Shown here one piece after another: positions 18,643-27,246 of a stretch of 64,000 nucleotides of DNA. Every line of letters begins with the position of its first letter. The stretch's first letter is position 1. This stretch comes from an uncultured Ruminococcus sp. (lineage in GTDB: Bacteria; Bacillota; Clostridia; Oscillospirales; Acutalibacteraceae). The translations under genes were made by a program, and so were the position numbers. The stretch lies in assembly GCA_902774325.1 (NCBI GenBank), contig CACYIC010000001.1:15403-79402 (forward strand), given 5' to 3'. Under the pieces are notes generated by a model that worked only from the letters and a program-made list of their open reading frames with translations, ran no database searches and was not told the origin of the DNA.

Positions 18643-20625
18643 ATGAAAAAATTATTTGCTGTCATCCTCGCCCTGACTCTGACGCTCGGCACGGCGGGCT
18701 CTCTCTGCGCCGGAGCCGAGGATGAAGCACCGGCAAAGCCCACGGGCTTCGGCGCGGACGGCGGGTTGTTCGCTCACGCGGTGAGTGGTTCCGCCGACGG
18801 CGAGGCATGGCAGCGCTGGCAGTGCGAGCACGACGAGGACTTTGAGAACGTAAACGAAAACGATATGTATTTCTTCCTGCCATCCTCAGCCAAAGGAAAC
18901 GCGGTCGAGATCTACAACGGCTATTCTCAGAGCGTCACCCTCGCCGGCGTAACGATCGGCGCGAAGGAGACCAAAGCCGTGACCTGCAAAACGGGCGAAA
19001 CCTACAGCGTGACCGTAGAAGGCGCGACCCGCAGCCTCACCTGTCTGCGCTCGGGCGCGGAGGCAGCCGTCTATATCAACAACCCCAACGCGGACGACAA
19101 GGGCACCGAGCTTGCGGCTTATCTCGCTCAGAGCAAGAGCAATTCCGCCTCCGCGACGGGTGCGATAGTAACGCCCGACGGAAAAATAGACAACACCGCG
19201 ATCAAAAAGATCAAGGGCAGGGGCAACACCTCGTGGGACAAGCCCAAGAAGGGCTTCAACGTCACCTACAGCTCAAAGGTCAGCGTCGCGGGCATGACCG
19301 CGAACAAAAAATACTCGCTGCTGGCTAACTACCAGGACGACTCCCTCTCCCGCAACCGCTTCCTCTACGACCTCTCGGACGCGGTCGGCATGCCCTACGC
19401 CTCGGATTCCAGATATATCGATTTCTACATCAACGGCTATTATTACGGCAGCTACCAGATGTGTGAAAAGGTCGAGCCCGGAAGCCTCGTCACGGATGTT
19501 GACGATAAGGGTTATCTCAACAAGGACGGCACTCTCAAGGACGATTTCAGCTTCATAGCCGAGGTGGACGCGAGCGCCGCCGAGGACGATTATTATTTCT
19601 ACGCCGCCAACGGCAGCAAGATCACGATCAAATCCCCCGAGATCGACCCCGGCAAGCCCTTCTATGACGAGGTGAAGAGCTACGTCAAAGAAAAATACGA
19701 CGCCTTTGCCGCCGCTCTGAAGAGCAGGAAAAGCGATCTCGCGGCGGTCGCGGACGTCGAAAGCCTCACAAAGCTCTGGCTGATCAACGAGCTGGGCAAG
19801 AACTGGGACAGCGGCGTTTCGAGCACCTTCTTCACCTACAAGCCCGACAAAAACGGCGATTACAAATTCTTCGGCTCGCCCGTCTGGGACTATGACAACA
19901 CCCTCGGCAACGCCAACGGAATAGCCGGAGATCTGAACTATATCGGCGTAAAGGATTACACGGAATATACCGGCTGGTGGTGCAAATTCAAGGGCAAGGG
20001 TCAGAGCGAGCGCGCCTCAAAGAACAATATGATCAACTTCATCTCTCAGCACAACAGCGTCGCCGCCGTCGCTCCCGGAATCTGGTTCAGGGATTTCGTG
20101 CCCGCGATCGAGCACTTCTCGGGAAAGGCGTTTGACGAGTATATCGACACCGAGCTCAAAACCGCAGATGAGTACTATGAGCTTCTCACCGACAGCGCCG
20201 AGATGAACTACAAAAGCGGCTGGCTGCTCAAAACCGGAAAATGGATCGCCGACCACACCTCGCTGAACAAGGCGGAATTCGACCTTTCCACCCTCACCTA
20301 TACGGTCAGCGACAAGGCGACCGCTTACGACCAGAACGACTTTACGGATATGTACCGCTACGCCGCCGACTGGATGACCTCCCGCGCCGCCTGGATCTCC
20401 GAGCAGTACAAGGCGAGCTATACTCCGCCGGAGGCGGGGCTTTTGGGCGACGTTGACGGCAACAACAAGGTCGATATAACCGACGCCACCCTCGTGCAGA
20501 TGAAAGCCGCGAGACTCATTCTCTTCAAGGCGAGCCAAAGAGCCGTCGCCGACTTCAACCATGACGGCAAAATAGACATCACCGACGCCACCCTCATCCA
20601 GATGAAGGCGGCGGGTATCGGCTGA
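18643..20625 (+). CDS. Secreted CotH-family atypical kinase with C-terminal dockerin
   Basis: Signal peptide; KGRGNTSW..PKK, LLANYQDDSLSRN, PVWDYD; duplicated EF-hand-like GDVDGNNKVDITDATLVQ / ADFNHDGKIDITDATLIQ. Confidence 0.88.
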   Translation: MKKLFAVILALTLTLGTAGSLCAGAEDEAPAKPTGFGADGGLFAHAVSGSADGEAWQRWQCEHDEDFENVNENDMYFFLPSSAKGNAVEIYNGYSQSVTLAGVTIGAKETKAVTCKTGETYSVTVEGATRSLTCLRSGAEAAVYINNPNADDKGTELAAYLAQSKSNSASATGAIVTPDGKIDNTAIKKIKGRGNTSWDKPKKGFNVTYSSKVSVAGMTANKKYSLLANYQDDSLSRNRFLYDLSDAVGMPYASDSRYIDFYINGYYYGSYQMCEKVEPGSLVTDVDDKGYLNKDGTLKDDFSFIAEVDASAAEDDYYFYAANGSKITIKSPEIDPGKPFYDEVKSYVKEKYDAFAAALKSRKSDLAAVADVESLTKLWLINELGKNWDSGVSSTFFTYKPDKNGDYKFFGSPVWDYDNTLGNANGIAGDLNYIGVKDYTEYTGWWCKFKGKGQSERASKNNMINFISQHNSVAAVAPGIWFRDFVPAIEHFSGKAFDEYIDTELKTADEYYELLTDSAEMNYKSGWLLKTGKWIADHTSLNKAEFDLSTLTYTVSDKATAYDQNDFTDMYRYAADWMTSRAAWISEQYKASYTPPEAGLLGDVDGNNKVDITDATLVQMKAARLILFKASQRAVADFNHDGKIDITDATLIQMKAAGIG

Positions 20626-20666
20626 TCCCGGGCTTTTCGGAAAAGCCGGTGAAATAATACGGAAAT

Positions 20667-20716
20667 AAAGCCGGGCGGAAGGGCAAGCGTACCGCAAGCT
20701 CCTTCCGCCCGGCTTT
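20667..20716 (+). terminator. Terminator after the CotH-dockerin gene
   Basis: Perfect 16-bp stem AAAGCCGGGCGGAAGG / CCTTCCGCCCGGCTTT. Confidence 0.75.
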
Positions 20717-20767
20717 TGCCGCCCTCCGCGGCAAACGATCGGTTATTGAATGAAGCATACAAGACAA

Positions 20768-20809
20768 ATAAAAAGAGGCTGCCACGGGATCGTGTTCCGT
20801 GACAGCCTC
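20768..20809 (-). terminator. Terminator of the GTPase-GTPase-ARH operon
   Basis: GAGGCTGCCACGGGA / TCCGTGACAGCCTC stem with an A-run on its left (T-run on the minus strand). Confidence 0.65.
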
Positions 20810-20890
20810 GGCTTCTTTGTTTTGACGTAGAGAGCGCCCGCCGCCGAAAAGGAGGGAGAGCGCCCGCCTGCGCTTATAATACTATTTTCT

Positions 20891-21973
20891 TTACTGATTT
20901 GTCAGGTTATAGAGCTCGTCCGCGACGTCTATGAGCAGTGGGTAAAGCTCGAGCTTGGTCTTCCATTTTTCCTCGATCGCGTCGAGCCCGAGCATGGCGC
21001 CGAGGATATTTCCGGTGATCGCGCCCGTGGAATCGCTGTCGCCCTTGTGGTTGACCGAGGCGATCACGGCGGCGGAAAAGTCGTCGGGATGGCGCAGACA
21101 GCAGTAAAGCGAGATGTAGAGCGCCTCGTCGCCGACCCAGCCCTCGCCGAGACGGTGGATATTATCGAGATCCGCTCTGTCGTTTTCGGAAAGCTCTATC
21201 GCGAGGTCGATAAAATCGGTGAGCTCTCTGATGTTTTTGTCGTCGGCGAAGATCCTTCCGACGGTATCGCGGGCTTCGGTCACGATCTCCTTTAGGGTCA
21301 GACCGCGCTCGTTGTAAACGCATTTGCGGACAACGTCGGCGAGCACCGCCGCAGGCATATAGCCCAGCGAATGGCAGTGAGTGTACGCCGCGGCCTCCGC
21401 CGCGAGCAGATCGGTTTCCTCGACGCTCATTCCTCTGATCAGTCCGACGGGCGCGACGCGCATTATTCCGCCGCAGCCCTTGCTGTTGTTGAGCTTTGAT
21501 TTGAGATAGCTTTCCGCGCCTAAGTCTCCGCGCTCTCTTCTTGAGCGGAGAGCGGAGAGGCAGGTTATACCCGGCGCTCTTCGCTTGTATAGCTCGGGAA
21601 CGCTCATGAGCTTTGGCAGGGAATAGGCGTTGTCGAAATTGCCGAGATAACCTTCCGCCTCGTCGAAATAGACCTCCTGAGTGAGAAGCCATTCCATGTA
21701 AGCCTCGGCGACAGCCCTCATCGGGGAATTGTCCTGAGGCTTTTTAAAATAGTCGATCAGACCGCCCGCGGTGAATATCGTCATCTGGGTGTCGTCGGAG
21801 ATTATAGCCTCTCCCTTGGGGCGGCTGAGGCTGTACTCCGTGATGCCGTCCTTGCCGTATTCTCCGAAAATGGTCTTTTCGGAAACGAATTCCACCGCGT
21901 AGCCGAGGGCGTCGCCCGCAGCTCCGCCGACAAGACATCCTCTGAATTTGTTTTTGACGCTGTTGTTTGTCAT
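20891..21973 (-). CDS. ADP-ribosylglycohydrolase (DraG/ARH family)
   Basis: GGAAGDALG..VEF, SDDTQMT, NSKGCGGIMRVAP, GDSDSTGAITGNILGA. Confidence 0.92.
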   Translation of the reverse strand: MTNNSVKNKFRGCLVGGAAGDALGYAVEFVSEKTIFGEYGKDGITEYSLSRPKGEAIISDDTQMTIFTAGGLIDYFKKPQDNSPMRAVAEAYMEWLLTQEVYFDEAEGYLGNFDNAYSLPKLMSVPELYKRRAPGITCLSALRSRRERGDLGAESYLKSKLNNSKGCGGIMRVAPVGLIRGMSVEETDLLAAEAAAYTHCHSLGYMPAAVLADVVRKCVYNERGLTLKEIVTEARDTVGRIFADDKNIRELTDFIDLAIELSENDRADLDNIHRLGEGWVGDEALYISLYCCLRHPDDFSAAVIASVNHKGDSDSTGAITGNILGAMLGLDAIEEKWKTKLELYPLLIDVADELYNLTNQ

Positions 21974-22020
21974 TTTTATTCCCCTCTTTCAAACCTCAGT
22001 TATTGCTTTTTGAATAGGTG

Positions 22021-23718
22021 TCAAAGGCGCTCCTTGTGGATCTCCTCGATCAGAGCGCGGCAGTCCCTGAGGATCCCCTCAAGCTCCTTCGCCTTTTCGC
22101 TTTTTGCTGTGCTCGCGGCGCGGATAGCCTCAAGCTTGCTGTCGAGCTCCGCGATATACTGCCCGAGGGCGGCGTCAAGCTGCGCCTCGAGGAAGCTTCT
22201 TCCGAAGTCGGTCAGCTCTCCTGCGAAGCCGTTGAACTCCGAGCGGATGTCCTGCTGATATTTTTTGAGCTCCATGCTTCGCGCCTGAGCGTCAAAGTCG
22301 TCCTTGATCTGCATAGCCGCGTCGAGAAATACCGCCGCCACGCTCATCGCGACGCCGATCTTGTTCACCCTGCGGGCGAGCTTCTCGGCTTGCCAGGGCT
22401 TGAATTTGTAATTGAAGGCGTTGCCCAGGTCGAGCACCGCCTGACGGACGTCGCTGCCCTTGTAGCCCGCGAGCACCAGCGCGTTTGTCGCCTCGGACGC
22501 CGCCGCGCCCTCCAGCAGCATTTCGCTCATGCTTTTCATTATCCCGCCGGCGCCCAGAAGCAGCTCGCGGATGCTGTCGGGCAGCTCGCCGTAGTGACCC
22601 TCAAGGCGGCTTTTGAGCTTCATTGTAAAGGGCGACTGTTCGATATCGGCTATGCCGCGCTCGACCCTCGCGAGTCCCTCAGCCAGCATCCGCTGCGCCT
22701 GCGCCTGACAGTCGTTGGCGGCGGCGTTGGTTTCGTCTATTTTTTCGTCGAGCTGTTTTTCGAGGGCTTCCCTGTCGCGCGCCTCCGCTATTATCCTTGC
22801 GGCGTCGAGTCCGGTCTCGCGGATCTTGCAGGCGGTGTTATAGAAAACGTTCTGCACGTCGCGGCGCAGGCTGTTCCTCGCGTCCGCGAGAAGGTAGCGC
22901 TGCTGCAGATAGTTTTCCTCAAGGGCGCCGACGTCGCTGTTCTCAAAGCTTCTTTCAAGTCCTCCGAGCGCCTTCTGGAGCGCGTCCTCCGCGATATACA
23001 GCTCGGTCGTCAGCCGCGAGGCGAGACCCTTTTCCTCAACAAAGCGGTTCAGAGCCTCGATGAAGGCGTCGCAGCCGCTGCGCTCGATCAGCCTTTGCGC
23101 GCGCTCGGGAGATGAAGCCGCTTTTTCCATCCCGTCGAGGCAGCTCTTGGCGTCGAGGAAGCACAGGCGCATATCCTCGGGCGTATAGGGCGCGATGACC
23201 TTCGCGATATCGCCCCTGATGACCTCCCGCTGGTGAGGCGTATTGCCTTCGGCGGTCTTGTTCATTTTATTTACGACGAGCAGCATCTCGCCCGCCTTGT
23301 CGTTTTCGATAGCCAGCTTGCGGAAGTGCGCGGCGATGTTCGCGTCGAACATCTGACTTGTCACGACAAATACCAGCACGTCGGCGGCGGCGATCGCCTT
23401 GTAGGAGATCTCGTCGTGGTCGGGGCGCTGCTCGGTGTGGATGCCCGGCGTGTCGGTGATGAGCATACCGTTCCATTCGTAGGTCGCGGTCTGCTCGGTG
23501 GTGATGCCCGCTCCGACCGCAATATCGTTTCTGCCCGTGAGCATTCGGATGATGGTGGATTTGCCGGCGCTGTACTGCCCGACAAATACCAGATTAATCG
23601 GCTTGTCCTCGGGCGACCGCGCCGAGTAGGGCACGCCGGTGCCGCGCAGAGCTTCCTCGGCTCGGCTTTGGATTTCCTGTTTTCTGCGGGAAAACTCCGC
23701 GATTTTTATCTCTCGCAT
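22021..23718 (-). CDS. Dynamin-like GTPase, LeoA-like
   Basis: G1 GQYSAGKS, G2 ITT, G3 DTPG, G4 NKM; long helical stalk; C-terminal KFKPW plus hydrophobic paddle recalled from the LeoA/HP0731 family. Confidence 0.75.
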   Translation of the reverse strand: MREIKIAEFSRRKQEIQSRAEEALRGTGVPYSARSPEDKPINLVFVGQYSAGKSTIIRMLTGRNDIAVGAGITTEQTATYEWNGMLITDTPGIHTEQRPDHDEISYKAIAAADVLVFVVTSQMFDANIAAHFRKLAIENDKAGEMLLVVNKMNKTAEGNTPHQREVIRGDIAKVIAPYTPEDMRLCFLDAKSCLDGMEKAASSPERAQRLIERSGCDAFIEALNRFVEEKGLASRLTTELYIAEDALQKALGGLERSFENSDVGALEENYLQQRYLLADARNSLRRDVQNVFYNTACKIRETGLDAARIIAEARDREALEKQLDEKIDETNAAANDCQAQAQRMLAEGLARVERGIADIEQSPFTMKLKSRLEGHYGELPDSIRELLLGAGGIMKSMSEMLLEGAAASEATNALVLAGYKGSDVRQAVLDLGNAFNYKFKPWQAEKLARRVNKIGVAMSVAAVFLDAAMQIKDDFDAQARSMELKKYQQDIRSEFNGFAGELTDFGRSFLEAQLDAALGQYIAELDSKLEAIRAASTAKSEKAKELEGILRDCRALIEEIHKERL

Positions 23719-23748
23719 ATTGCTGCCTTTCTGTAAATATCGAAGGTT

Positions 23749-25842
23749 TTATTTTGTTATGATGATCTCGCACAGCTGCTGCGCGAGCTTTGCTTTGTTG
23801 ACTGCCGAGGGAGAGCTTTTGTCTGTGAGCAGTTCAGCCGAGGGGACGCCGCCGCTGAGCCTTTTGAGCCTGACGGCGTTTTCTCCCAGGAGCCTTTTTA
23901 TCAGCTCCTCGGAGGAGCAGCCTCCGGTCACGGCGCGTACGGTGACTCCCAGAATGGACGCGAGCTTTTTCAGAGCGTCGGAGGGAAGCGAAGCGCCCGG
24001 TACAAGTATCAGGCAGCATTCGGCTCCCGGGATAACGCCGACGTCCTCTATCCTGAGCGAGAGCTCCGGACAGCCCTGCAGCGCCAGAGCCTCGCGCACC
24101 AGTCCTCGGTTCAGCTCTCTGAGGCTGCGGGAGAGCTTTTGCGCCAGCGTATATTGAGTGAGCGAAAGCGCGGATACGACCCCGCCGATCTCGCCCGTTT
24201 CGGCTTCGAGGGAGCGGAGATTGCCGAAGAGCTCCCTGAGGCTTTTTTCGATAGAATCTCTGAGCCTGTCGCAGTTGGCGTTGACGTTGCGGCGCAGCTT
24301 TTCCTCGAGCTCGCCCTTTGCCGACGCCTCGAGGCTGTCTTTAGTCGGCAGGAATCTGTCCGCGAGCATCCTAACGCCGCCTATCCCGAAGGAAACGAGG
24401 GTGAAGATTATACCCAGCGGCGGGACGATCGGCAGCAGGATAGTTCCCGCGACCGCGAAGCCGCCGCCCAACAGGATGGAAGCCCAGTCGACGGTCCTCT
24501 TCACGTCGAGGATCCTCTTGCCCCTGAGCGTCTCCTCTGAGGCGAAGCTGACGGCGAATTTCAGCTCGGAGGAAAGCGAGCGCGTGATCTCGCGGATCTC
24601 TCCGTTCGCCTGCGCGGTGAGGTCGTCGATCAGCTCTTTGGCGCGGGCGTCGAGCCCTTGGCTCTTTATAAAAGCCTTCCACGCGTCGGCGCTGTTTTTG
24701 TCCGAGATATGCTCCGCGGCAAAGTCGCCCGCGCCCGAATACAGGGTGCTGCGGCAGTCGGCGATGAAGCTTTCCGCACGCTCATAGGCGCTTTTTTCAA
24801 ATTCGGTGATCCAGGCGCACAGCTTCCTTTGCTTGTCGGCGATGATCTCAGCCTGCAGGCTGTTTGCGAGGCACTGCTCGAGCAGCAGCCCGGCGACGTT
24901 CTCCACAGGGCGGCTGACCGCGTCGATATAAGCCTTCGCGCGGTAAAACTCGCCGTTTTCGGCGATGATGCCCGCGAGCGCGTCGGTGAGAGAGTCGATA
25001 CCGCTCGCCCTTTCGAGCAGCCGGCGCTTTTCGGGATCGTCGGTCTGCTGCGCCAGAAAAGCCGAGCGCAGATGGGTATAGACAAACGGCACGCCGTTCC
25101 AGTCCTGACCCGCGAGAGCGCCGTACTTTACAAACTGCGCGCGGATCTCTCCGAGCCGTTCGATGTCAAAGGCGTCGTCGATCTCCTCGGTGATGAAGGC
25201 GGGATCGTCGTTTATATCGACGCTCGCCTTGACGTTTATGACGCAGAGCACGGGCTTGCCCAGCTCGCGGACCGTGCGGAACCACTCCGCCTCCTGCGAC
25301 TGAACGCCATCGTCCGACATCAGAAAGAGTATCAGGTCGGCGGCCTTTGCCGCCTTGTACGCCTCGTCCTCGTCCTTCTGCCCCTCGTAGGCGCCGATAC
25401 CGGGCACGTCGGTGATGCACAGCCCGTTCCATTCGTAGGAGCGGATGTCGCGCGTGGTGCGCTGAGAGCCGTTTCCGATCGACTTTCCGTCTCCGTGGGT
25501 CAGTATCTCCATGAGGGTGGATTTTCCGGTCATCGTCCTTCCGAATAGGACGACCGTGAATTTTGACAGGTTGTCCCTGAGAGCCTTCAGCTCCTCGCGC
25601 GATTTGACGGAAACCTTGTCAAAGGTTTTGGATATCTGTTTCAATTGGGAGGAGAGCTGCTTGTTGAGCTCGGAGAGCTTCGCCTTCTTGCCGCCGAGCT
25701 CCTTCACCGAAGCCTCGGTGCGGTCGCGCGCCTCGCCGAGCACCTTTTCTATTTCTCCGAGCCTTATATCGGCGATCTCGTATCCCTTTGCCGCGCCTCT
25801 GCGGCAGCGGATCAGGGCTGACGAAAGATTGTAGGTTCGCAT
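23749..25842 (-). CDS. Dynamin-like GTPase, LeoBC-like, with hydrophobic paddle and extra C-terminal region
   Basis: N-terminal coiled coil; G1 GRTMTGKS, QRTTRD, G3 DVPG, INVK; hydrophobic hairpin WASILLGGGFAVAGTILLPIVPPLGIIFTLVSFGIGG. Confidence 0.75.
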   Translation of the reverse strand: MRTYNLSSALIRCRRGAAKGYEIADIRLGEIEKVLGEARDRTEASVKELGGKKAKLSELNKQLSSQLKQISKTFDKVSVKSREELKALRDNLSKFTVVLFGRTMTGKSTLMEILTHGDGKSIGNGSQRTTRDIRSYEWNGLCITDVPGIGAYEGQKDEDEAYKAAKAADLILFLMSDDGVQSQEAEWFRTVRELGKPVLCVINVKASVDINDDPAFITEEIDDAFDIERLGEIRAQFVKYGALAGQDWNGVPFVYTHLRSAFLAQQTDDPEKRRLLERASGIDSLTDALAGIIAENGEFYRAKAYIDAVSRPVENVAGLLLEQCLANSLQAEIIADKQRKLCAWITEFEKSAYERAESFIADCRSTLYSGAGDFAAEHISDKNSADAWKAFIKSQGLDARAKELIDDLTAQANGEIREITRSLSSELKFAVSFASEETLRGKRILDVKRTVDWASILLGGGFAVAGTILLPIVPPLGIIFTLVSFGIGGVRMLADRFLPTKDSLEASAKGELEEKLRRNVNANCDRLRDSIEKSLRELFGNLRSLEAETGEIGGVVSALSLTQYTLAQKLSRSLRELNRGLVREALALQGCPELSLRIEDVGVIPGAECCLILVPGASLPSDALKKLASILGVTVRAVTGGCSSEELIKRLLGENAVRLKRLSGGVPSAELLTDKSSPSAVNKAKLAQQLCEIIITK

Positions 25843-25872
25843 GATTCAACCTCCGGATTGCTTTCTCTGTTT

Positions 25873-25901
25873 ATTATAGCAATTTTATAATGAGGTTTCA
25901 A
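25873..25901 (-). promoter_or_regulatory. Sigma-A promoter of the GTPase-GTPase-ARH operon
   Basis: TTGAAA-17 bp-TATAAT. Confidence 0.8.
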
Positions 25902-25946
25902 TTGTTTTTTTAAAAACGAGCGGCAGTCTTTAGGCAATTTTTTCTA

Positions 25947-25975
25947 TTGACTAATGCGAAAAAATATCGTAGAAT
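25947..25975 (+). promoter_or_regulatory. Sigma-A promoter of the DUF815 unit
   Basis: TTGACT-17 bp-TAGAAT. Confidence 0.7.
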
Positions 25976-25997
25976 AATATGGAATAGGATGATTGAG

Positions 25998-27233
25998 ATG
26001 GAAAAGGTAATGAAAATCAGGCTTGAGCTAGCATCTCTCTCGGTTTTCAGAGGGGTGATGAGCAGGAGCGTGCCGGCGGCGTTCTATGAGCTGCTTTGCG
26101 CTCTCGACAAGCCACCGGAGGAATTTTTAAGAGCCTACGGCAATTTCTTTTCGCTGCTCTGCGAAAGAGGCTGCGCGGATTCGCTTGCGCGCGCCATGAC
26201 CGAGACCGCCCTTTTTGACGACAACTGCTTCACACGCGCCGCTGCGGAGGGCAGGGAGAAGGAGCTCGGAGAAAATATCATAAACGCCGCGAGGCATGAC
26301 TGCGCGGCGATCCTTTCGGCGTCCAAGCTCGAGGCTCAAGAGGTGCTCGGCGCCTATCACGACCCGATCCGGCTGGAGGGCGTGCGCTACGGGCTGCCTG
26401 TCTGGAGCTGCGGCGAGGCTGCGGAAGCGTTCGAGGGCTTTGACGGCTCGATGGACGCGATCTCCGCTTATTACCGCAAAAACGGCTGCGGGATGTTCGC
26501 GCGTTACCGCGCCTTTGTATGGCGCGAGGGCGATATCCGCCCGATTGAGAACTACGACGCCGTCAGCCTGGAGGATTTCACGGGCTATGAAAGGCAGCGA
26601 AAAAAGGTGCTCGACAATACCGAGGCGTTCCTCGACGGCAAAACCTGCAACAACTGCCTGCTCTACGGCGATATGGGAACGGGAAAAAGCTCGACGGTCA
26701 AGGCTATCGGCAATCACTTCCGCGACAGAGGTCTGCGTCTCGTTGAGATGCCTAAGGAAAGGCTGATGGATTTTCCGCTTCTGGTCGATAAGATCGCCAA
26801 GCTGCCCATGAGGTTCATCATCTTCATCGACGATCTGTCTTTTCAGCATCAGGATCAGTCCTTCACCTCACTGAAGGCTGTGCTCGAGGGCGGGCTTGCC
26901 GCCCGACCCGCAAACGCCCTGATCTACGCGACCTCCAACCGCAGGCACATCGTCAGGGAAAAGCTCTCCGACCGCTCGATGTCGGTCGACGACGTGAACA
27001 CCCGCGACAATATGCAGGAGACCCTGTCGCTTTCCGATCGCTTCGGGCTCGCGGTTTGCTTCACCGTTCCGGGCAAAAAGGAATATTTGGAAATCGTCCG
27101 CGCGATGGCAGCGGATAAAGGTATAAAAATTGAGGACAGCGAGCTTGTCGGAGGCGCGGAGCGCTTCGCGCTGACGAGAGGCGGTCGTTCACCGCGCTGC
27201 GCTAAGCAGTACGTTGAATCGCTGTTCTGCTGA
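25998..27233 (+). CDS. DUF815-family AAA+ ATPase (start 25989, 25998 or 26010)
   Basis: LLYGDMGTGKSSTVKA, FIIFIDDLSF, LKAVLEGG, IYATSNRRH, SLSDRFG. Confidence 0.88.
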   Translation: MEKVMKIRLELASLSVFRGVMSRSVPAAFYELLCALDKPPEEFLRAYGNFFSLLCERGCADSLARAMTETALFDDNCFTRAAAEGREKELGENIINAARHDCAAILSASKLEAQEVLGAYHDPIRLEGVRYGLPVWSCGEAAEAFEGFDGSMDAISAYYRKNGCGMFARYRAFVWREGDIRPIENYDAVSLEDFTGYERQRKKVLDNTEAFLDGKTCNNCLLYGDMGTGKSSTVKAIGNHFRDRGLRLVEMPKERLMDFPLLVDKIAKLPMRFIIFIDDLSFQHQDQSFTSLKAVLEGGLAARPANALIYATSNRRHIVREKLSDRSMSVDDVNTRDNMQETLSLSDRFGLAVCFTVPGKKEYLEIVRAMAADKGIKIEDSELVGGAERFALTRGGRSPRCAKQYVESLFC

Positions 27234-27246
27234 TGGGAGGATATAT

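Noticed and set aside
20873-20890. CTTATAATACTATTTTCT resembling 7612-7629 at the ARH stop
   Set aside because: 17/18 match but short and AT-rich; too weak to call a repeat-family end or insertion boundary
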